From positions 2,250,001 to 2,282,000 of the forward strand of contig OW818675.1 in NCBI GenBank assembly GCA_942493095.1: a stretch of 32,000 nt of DNA. The letters run 5' to 3'. The DNA is from Candidatus Electronema halotolerans. GTDB taxonomy: Bacteria > Desulfobacterota > Desulfobulbia > Desulfobulbales > Desulfobulbaceae. The notes beneath the pieces were generated by a model. That model was not told the DNA's origin and searched no databases. It saw only the letters and a list, made by a program, of their open reading frames with translations. Every line of letters begins with the position of its first letter. Position 1 is the first letter of the stretch. Shown piece after piece: positions 19,147 to 32,000 of this stretch. The translations under genes were made by a program, and so were the position numbers.

Positions 19147-21225
19147 TTAAACGCCTCGAATCTTATGAATGATGGCTTCAGCCTGTTTGGCTGGAACTTC
19201 GGCAAAAGCATGAAACTGCATGGAGTAGGAAGCTCTGCCCTGCGTTGCCGACCGCAGCGTGGTTGAATAACCAAACATCTTAGCCAGCGGCACCCGCGCA
19301 CTGACCATCTGCAGGTTCCGCTCCGCCTCCACCGCTTCGATGTGCGCATTCTTCCGGTTCAGATCATTGATCACTTCGCCAAGATACTCTTCCGGCACCA
19401 GCACTTCCACTTCCATGACCGGCTCCAGCAGCACAGCTCCGGCCTCTGCCGCCGCCTGTCGGCAGGCCAGCGCGGCAGCCACCGCAAAAGCCATCTCTGT
19501 CGAATGCTCCTCATCATAGGAGCCGCCGACAAGCTGGACAGTCACGTCGGTGAGCGGATAACCGATCAGCGGCCCTGAATCAAGCGTGTCCCGCACACTC
19601 TTTTCAATTGCCTTGAGATACAGGGCCGGAATCTGCTCCGCATCAACCTTGCTCTCAAAGGCAATACCGCTGCCACGTGCTGCCGGAGCAAAACGAAGCA
19701 CTGCGTGACCATACTGCTCCTTGCCGCCGCTTGGGGCCTGAAAACGCCCTTCTCCTTCAGCGGCGCAGGTGATCGTCTCTTTATAGGCCACCTGCGGGGT
19801 TCCCACATTGGGGGAAACCTTGAACTCCCGCCGCAGCCGGTCAACCACAATCTCCAAGTGCAGCTCGCCCATGCCGGAGATAAGCTGCTGGCCAGTATCC
19901 TCATTGCGGCTGACCCGGAAACTGGGGTCTTCAAAAGCGATCTTGGCAAGGCTTTCCGTCAGCCTGACCTCATCCGCCTTGTTTTTGGCCTCTATGGCGA
20001 TGCTGATCACCGGCTCAGGAAAATTCATATTCTCCAGCACGATGCAATCGTCTTCCCCGCAAAGGGTGTCGCCTGTGCTGGAAAACTTGAGACCAACCAC
20101 AGCACCGATGTCCCCGGCTCCAATCCGGTCAACCTCTTCGCGCTTATTGGCGTGAAGCTTGATCAGCTTGGAGATTTTCTCCTTTTTCTGCTTGCCCGGA
20201 TTGAACACCCGGCTGCCTGCCTTCAACTCGCCTGAATAAACCCTGACAAAGGCCAGCGACCCGACAAAAGGATCTGACTGAAATTTGAAGACCAAGGCGC
20301 AGAAAGGGTCTTTGCTGTCCGCATGCCGCAGCACTGCTTCGCCATCCCTGCCTGCTCCTTCCACTGGCGGAACATCCAAGGGCGAAGGCAGATACCTGAC
20401 CACTGCGTCAAGCAGCGGCTGAATCCCCTTATTTTTAAAGGCGGAACCGCAGAGCACCGGCACCAGCTTGAGCGAGCAGACTGCCTTCCGCAGGGCGGCG
20501 CGTATTTCATCAGGAGAGATATCCTGTTCTTCCAGATATTTTTCCATGATCCCCTCATCGAAGTCGGCCAACTTCTCGAGGAGATGCAAACGTGCAGCCG
20601 ATGATTTGCCGTGCAGCTCTTCAGGAATTTCCGCAGCCAGCACGGTCCCGCCTTTGGTTTCCTCGTCAAAGGTGAGATACCGCTCTTCAATCAGATCAAC
20701 AATCCCGGCAAAGGCATCCTCGCTTCCTGCGGGCAGCGTGACTGGCACTGGCGCCGCTCCAAGCTGACTTTTAATTTCCTCGACCACCCGGTCAAAGTCA
20801 GCCCCGATCCGATCCATCTTGTTGATAAAGACGATCCGGGGGATATGGTAGCGGTCCGCCTGCCGCCAGACAGTCTCTGACTGCGGCTCAACACCGCCGA
20901 CCGCGCAGAAAACAACAACCGCGCCGTCCAAGACCCGCAGGCAGCGTTCCACCTCCACGGTGAAATCAACATGTCCTGGCGTGTCAATGATGTTGATCTG
21001 ATGCTGCTGCCAGAAGCAGGTGGTGGCGGCTGAGGTGATGGTGATGCCCCGCTCCTGCTCCTGCTCCATCCAATCCATGACCGCTGTGCCGTCATGAACT
21101 TCGCCTATCTTATGCGAACGTCCTGTGTAGTACAGAATGCGCTCAGTAGTTGTTGTCTTGCCTGCGTCAATATGGGCTGTGATGCCGATATTACGCACAT
21201 TGGCCAATGAATCTTCTGCAACCAC
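19147..21225 (-). CDS. fusA: Elongation factor G
   Basis: 692 aa. Contains [33 protein letters not shown] and NKMDR. GTG start at 23-25 of 212xx (21223-21225). Position after rpsG. Confidence 0.96.
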   Translation of the reverse strand: MVAEDSLANVRNIGITAHIDAGKTTTTERILYYTGRSHKIGEVHDGTAVMDWMEQEQERGITITSAATTCFWQQHQINIIDTPGHVDFTVEVERCLRVLDGAVVVFCAVGGVEPQSETVWRQADRYHIPRIVFINKMDRIGADFDRVVEEIKSQLGAAPVPVTLPAGSEDAFAGIVDLIEERYLTFDEETKGGTVLAAEIPEELHGKSSAARLHLLEKLADFDEGIMEKYLEEQDISPDEIRAALRKAVCSLKLVPVLCGSAFKNKGIQPLLDAVVRYLPSPLDVPPVEGAGRDGEAVLRHADSKDPFCALVFKFQSDPFVGSLAFVRVYSGELKAGSRVFNPGKQKKEKISKLIKLHANKREEVDRIGAGDIGAVVGLKFSSTGDTLCGEDDCIVLENMNFPEPVISIAIEAKNKADEVRLTESLAKIAFEDPSFRVSRNEDTGQQLISGMGELHLEIVVDRLRREFKVSPNVGTPQVAYKETITCAAEGEGRFQAPSGGKEQYGHAVLRFAPAARGSGIAFESKVDAEQIPALYLKAIEKSVRDTLDSGPLIGYPLTDVTVQLVGGSYDEEHSTEMAFAVAAALACRQAAAEAGAVLLEPVMEVEVLVPEEYLGEVINDLNRKNAHIEAVEAERNLQMVSARVPLAKMFGYSTTLRSATQGRASYSMQFHAFAEVPAKQAEAIIHKIRGV

Positions 21226-21349
21226 TGATCTGTCCGCATTCGTCCGTTCTCGTTTTCCTTCACAGCCTGTGCCGCCTGCTGCAAAAGGTTCTGCTTTTTA
21301 CCGCAATCGCTGCTGCCTGTCAAGAGACTTTTTGCATCCCGCGCTTTTT

Positions 21350-21823
21350 TTACCAGCGGTAATGCGCAAAGGCTTTGTTTGCCTCCGCCATCTTGTGGGT
21401 GTCGTCCCGTTTTTTCACGGCAGCACCCCGATTGCCATAAGCATCCAAAATTTCGGCAGCCAGCTTCTCAGACATGGACTGGCCGGAACGCTTCTGGGCA
21501 AAACCGATGATCCAGCGGATGGCCAAGGCATTGCGCCGCTCAGGCCGCACCTCAATAGGCACCTGATAGGTCGCGCCGCCGACTCTGCGGCTCTTCACCT
21601 CAACCTTGGGCCGGACATTCTCCATGGCTGTCTCAAAAACAGCCATCGGCTCTTCTTCCGTCAGCTTCTGGCTCACCCGGTCCATAGCCTCATAGAACAT
21701 GCGGCGGGCCAAGGATTTTTTTCCGTCTTTCATCAGGCCGTTGGTAAAACGGGCCACCAGAATGGAATTATATTTCGGATCAGCTTCGATGAAACGTCGC
21801 GTCTGTACTTTTTTTCTCGGCAT
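21350..21823 (-). CDS. rpsG: 30S ribosomal protein S7
   Basis: 157 aa. Begins MPRKK......DPKYNS.LV..F.N.LM.DGKKS.A and ends ...AFAHYRW. Confidence 0.97.
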   Translation of the reverse strand: MPRKKVQTRRFIEADPKYNSILVARFTNGLMKDGKKSLARRMFYEAMDRVSQKLTEEEPMAVFETAMENVRPKVEVKSRRVGGATYQVPIEVRPERRNALAIRWIIGFAQKRSGQSMSEKLAAEILDAYGNRGAAVKKRDDTHKMAEANKAFAHYRW

Positions 21824-21842
21824 CTCGCATCACTCCGGCAGG

Positions 21843-22214
21843 TTATTTAGGCCGTTTCGCGCCGTATTTAGAACGCCCTTGCCGCCGGTCATTCACTCCC
21901 AGCGTGTCAAGCGTACCGCGAATAATATGGTAACGCACACCAGGCAGGTCTTTGACGCGGCCTCCCCGAATCAGCACTACGGAGTGCTCTTGGAGATTGT
22001 GGCCGACTCCTGGAATGTAGGAGGTCACTTCAATGCCGTTGGCCAGCCGCACCCTTGCCACCTTGCGCAGAGCCGAGTTCGGCTTTTTCGGCGTGGTGGT
22101 ATAGACCCTGACGCACACGCCGCGTTTCTGCGGACAACCCTGCATGGCCGGGGTGTTGGAACGCTTGGCCTGCTTTTCCCTTCTTTTTCTGACCAGCTGG
22201 TTAATCGTTGGCAT
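21843..22214 (-). CDS. rpsL: 30S ribosomal protein S12
   Basis: Track ORF 21843..22325 trimmed to ATG 22212-22214. This gives [10 protein letters not shown], the invariant S12 start, with SD AAGGGA upstream. The 37-codon extension would overlap the rpoC stop and the promoter. Confidence 0.96.
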   Translation of the reverse strand: MPTINQLVRKRREKQAKRSNTPAMQGCPQKRGVCVRVYTTTPKKPNSALRKVARVRLANGIEVTSYIPGVGHNLQEHSVVLIRGGRVKDLPGVRYHIIRGTLDTLGVNDRRQGRSKYGAKRPK

Positions 22215-22271
22215 ACAGTTCTTTCCCTTGCAAATATAAGCAGTCCGCGTCTTGACGGACGCGGGGGTTAA

Positions 22272-22300
22272 TATATAGCACAATGCGCGAGGCGTGTCAA
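22272..22300 (-). promoter_or_regulatory. Candidate strong sigma70 promoter (extended -10) for rpsL-rpsG-fusA
   Basis: The minus strand reads TTGACA (22295-22300), a 17-nt spacer ending in TGC, then TATATA/TATATT (22272-22277). This gives an exact -35 plus a TGn extended -10. It starts 15 nt after the rpoC stop. Confidence 0.5.
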
Positions 22301-22314
22301 ACAAAATCTGCTGC

Positions 22315-26382
<4,068 letters not shown>

Positions 26383-26646
26383 GAAGATTCTCCCTTCTGA
26401 TGCTTATCCTGAAACGCATTGATTGTCTGAAACGCGCTGCCCTTGTTCAGACTGCCCTTCCCTTTCGTTGCCGCCCCGCCGTCCAATCTGTCGCCGCAGC
26501 TTGCCGATGCTCAGATGCTCCTCTGCAACCTTGCTGAAGAGCCTGTGAATATCCGCAGTCTCGTCACTGATGTTTCAAAGGAGCTTGTGCATGTTTGCAA
26601 GCTCCTGCGGCATCTTCCCGATCTCATCGGCAAGGTCTGCTGGCTG

Positions 26647-30735
<4,089 letters not shown>

Positions 30736-30827
30736 GTTTCCCTCGTGATCTGTCTGCAGAAACCAGCTTGTCTAATCTGCCTGTGCCTTTTTTCTCAAAC
30801 TGAAAAAAATGCTTTTTTGTCCAGCTC

Positions 30828-30874
30828 ACAAAAAACGCAGTAACGCTACGAGGGGTGCCCCTCCATAGCGTTAC
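30828..30874 (-). terminator. Hairpin plus U-tract attenuator/partial terminator in the rplL-rpoB spacer
   Basis: The minus strand reads GUAACGCUA-UG-GAGGG-GCAC-CCCUC-G-UAGCGUUAC (30840-30874). This gives about 14 bp in two stacked helices, followed by UGCGUUUUUUGUG (U6 = 30830-30835). Confidence 0.6.
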
Positions 30875-30943
30875 CTGTTTCTGTTTCTGCTGTCCTCCTT
30901 GGAGCGTCAAAAGTTTTCCAAGGCGGCCAGCGGAAAAGCAAAA

Positions 30944-31324
30944 CTACTTGACCTCCACAGCGCCTCCGGCTTCTTCGATCTTTTTCTTGATCTCCGCAGC
31001 ATCCTCTTTGGAAACAGCTTCTTTCAGGGTTGTCGGCGCGCCCTCAACCGCATCCTTGGCCTCTTTCAGGCCCAGACCGGTGATTTCGCGCACTGCTTTG
31101 ATCACCTGAATTTTCTTGTCGCCAGCAGAGGTCAGCACCACGTCAAACTCGGTCTTCTCCTCAGCAGCTGCGGCACCCGAAGCGGCCCCGCCTGCCGCAG
31201 CCATGACAACCGGAGCAGCGGCGGAAACGCCGAACTTCTCCTCCAGAGCCTTGACCAACTCAGCAACCTCCAACAGGGTCATCTTCTCAACAAGACCAAC
31301 CACCTGCTCAATAGCTTCAGACAT
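30944..31324 (-). CDS. rplL: 50S ribosomal protein L7/L12
   Basis: 126 aa. Has an Ala/Gly-rich hinge, then [24 protein letters not shown] and a C-terminal ...GAVEVK. Confidence 0.98.
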   Translation of the reverse strand: MSEAIEQVVGLVEKMTLLEVAELVKALEEKFGVSAAAPVVMAAAGGAASGAAAAEEKTEFDVVLTSAGDKKIQVIKAVREITGLGLKEAKDAVEGAPTTLKEAVSKEDAAEIKKKIEEAGGAVEVK

Positions 31325-31356
31325 CGTTCCTTCCTCCTGATGTATATATCCTAGGA

Positions 31357-31884
31357 TTAATTTTCCTGCTGTTCCTTCTGCTCTTTAATGGCCTGAAGGG
31401 CATAGACGAGATTACTCGGGGCGGCGTTGAGCGTGCAGACCAGCTTGGTCGGCACTGCTGCCAGCACACCGCAGAGCTGACCGAGCAGCTCCTCTTTGGA
31501 GGGCAGCTTGGACAGGGCGACAACATCGTCCGGGTTCAGCACCGCGCCTTCAAACATGGCGGAACGAAGTTTGAGCTTGTCAAGGTCCTTGTTGAACTCT
31601 GCCAAAACCTTGGCAGGCCCAACCGGCTCCTCAAAGCCAAAGGCCACCACTGTGCTGCCGGTGAAATACGGCTCCAGCCCGACATAATCCGTGTCTTTGA
31701 CCGCCAGCCGGAGCAGCGTGTTCTTGGCGACTTGGATTTGCGCGTTCTGGCCGCGCAGGCTGACCCGCAGCTTCTCCAGCTCCGAGACTTTCAGCCCCTG
31801 ATAGTCTGCCACCGCCGCAAATTTCGCCCGGCTGAAGGTGTCTTTCAACTCGCTGACCTTCAGCTCCTTGCTTTCACGATTCAA
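31357..31884 (-). CDS. rplJ: 50S ribosomal protein L10
   Basis: [19 protein letters not shown] is typical of L10. The track ORF starts at GTG 31891-31893, but that GTG overlaps the only SD (AAGGAGGTG). The in-frame TTG at 31882-31884 lies 8 nt after GGAGG and gives (M)[14 protein letters not shown]. The start is uncertain by 3 codons. Confidence 0.9.
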   Translation of the reverse strand: MNRESKELKVSELKDTFSRAKFAAVADYQGLKVSELEKLRVSLRGQNAQIQVAKNTLLRLAVKDTDYVGLEPYFTGSTVVAFGFEEPVGPAKVLAEFNKDLDKLKLRSAMFEGAVLNPDDVVALSKLPSKEELLGQLCGVLAAVPTKLVCTLNAAPSNLVYALQAIKEQKEQQEN

Positions 31885-32000
31885 CAGACGCACCTCCTTG
31901 AAGAAAAAACGGGACAGTCAGGGGACAGCAGGAAAAGAAACGCAAACATGCGACCGCTCAACTGCTGCGGAGCAGACGCATCTGGCTGGTCTCGGCAGGC
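31885..32000 (-). promoter_or_regulatory. rplJ 5' leader region (expected location of an L10-L12 autoregulatory leader); structure not resolvable from this partial sequence
   Basis: Non-coding stretch directly upstream of rplJ. It contains a tandem CTGTCCC repeat (plus-strand GGGACAG at 31911-31917 and 31922-31928), a U6 run (31904-31909) and small hairpins. The assignment rests on position only, and the leader is cut by the window edge. Confidence 0.3.

Noticed and set aside
21105-21323. 72-aa minus-strand ORF starting in the rpsG-fusA spacer.
   Set aside because: It overlaps the conserved fusA G-domain coding sequence out of frame. It has a TTG start with no SD and no recognisable motif.
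26383-26646. A conceptual in-frame read-through of the rpoB TAG. It gives a helix-like peptide (QPADLADEIGKMPQELANMHKLL, then after a TGA, NISDETADIHRLFSKVAEEHLSIGKLRRQI...).
   Set aside because: Two stops in 88 codons is about what is expected by chance at this GC content (roughly three). There is no ATG, GTG or TTG in frame after the TGA. The hairpin lies before the TGA rather than after it, so it is not SECIS-like. It is kept only as a remark under the spacer finding.
30847-30867. A mini-ORF, MEGHPS then stop, inside the rplL-rpoB attenuator hairpin.
   Set aside because: It is six codons long, has no properly spaced SD, and lies entirely within the stem. It is most simply a by-product of the hairpin sequence.
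31958-32000. A possible 3' end of rplA: a minus-strand frame reading PAETSQMRLLRSS, then stop, at the right edge.
   Set aside because: Only 13 codons are visible and they show no recognisable L1 C-terminal motif. It would leave an rplJ leader of only about 70 nt. It cannot be supported from this window.

Overview
This window is core housekeeping DNA, and every supportable gene is on the minus strand. In transcription order (right to left) it holds:
- rplJ-rplL, then a hairpin/U-tract attenuator, then rpoB-rpoC.
- The str genes rpsL-rpsG-fusA, with no tuf after fusA.
- The S10 block: rpsJ-rplC-rplD-rplW-rplB-rpsS-rplV-rpsC-rplP-rpmC-rpsQ.
- The spc block: rplN-rplX-rplE-rpsN-rpsH-rplF-rplR-rpsE-rpmD-rplO-secY, with no adk.
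- map-infA-rpmJ, where rpmJ was found by hand because it is below the ORF-track cutoff.
- The alpha block rpsM-rpsK-rpsD-rpoA-rplQ, followed by a strong intrinsic terminator.
- Three non-ribosomal genes: a YkgJ-like Cys-cluster protein, an M18 aminopeptidase, and an edge-truncated Tat-exported molybdopterin oxidoreductase (PsrA/PhsA-like). The last is missing from the ORF track because it has no stop inside the window.

Several track ORFs are over-extended at the 5' end (rpsL, rplN, rplX, rplQ, rplC, rplJ) and were trimmed using conserved N-termini and Shine-Dalgarno spacing. Reading the spacers by eye showed no rRNA, tRNA, CRISPR array, mobile element or large repeat.

I do not find a convincing novel gene system here. 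The long plus-strand ORFs are antisense shadows of conserved genes. What merits a second look is modest and mostly non-coding:
- a 264-nt structured rpoB-rpoC spacer;
- an rpoC-rpsL junction with a promoter but no terminator;
- a structured rpsK-rpsD spacer;
- a terminator whose U-tract abuts the start codon of the next gene;
- a candidate promoter, operator and leader hairpin upstream of the molybdoenzyme gene.

The gene order and the Tat molybdoenzyme suggest an anaerobic Gram-negative lineage, possibly Desulfobacterota-like. That is unverified inference.
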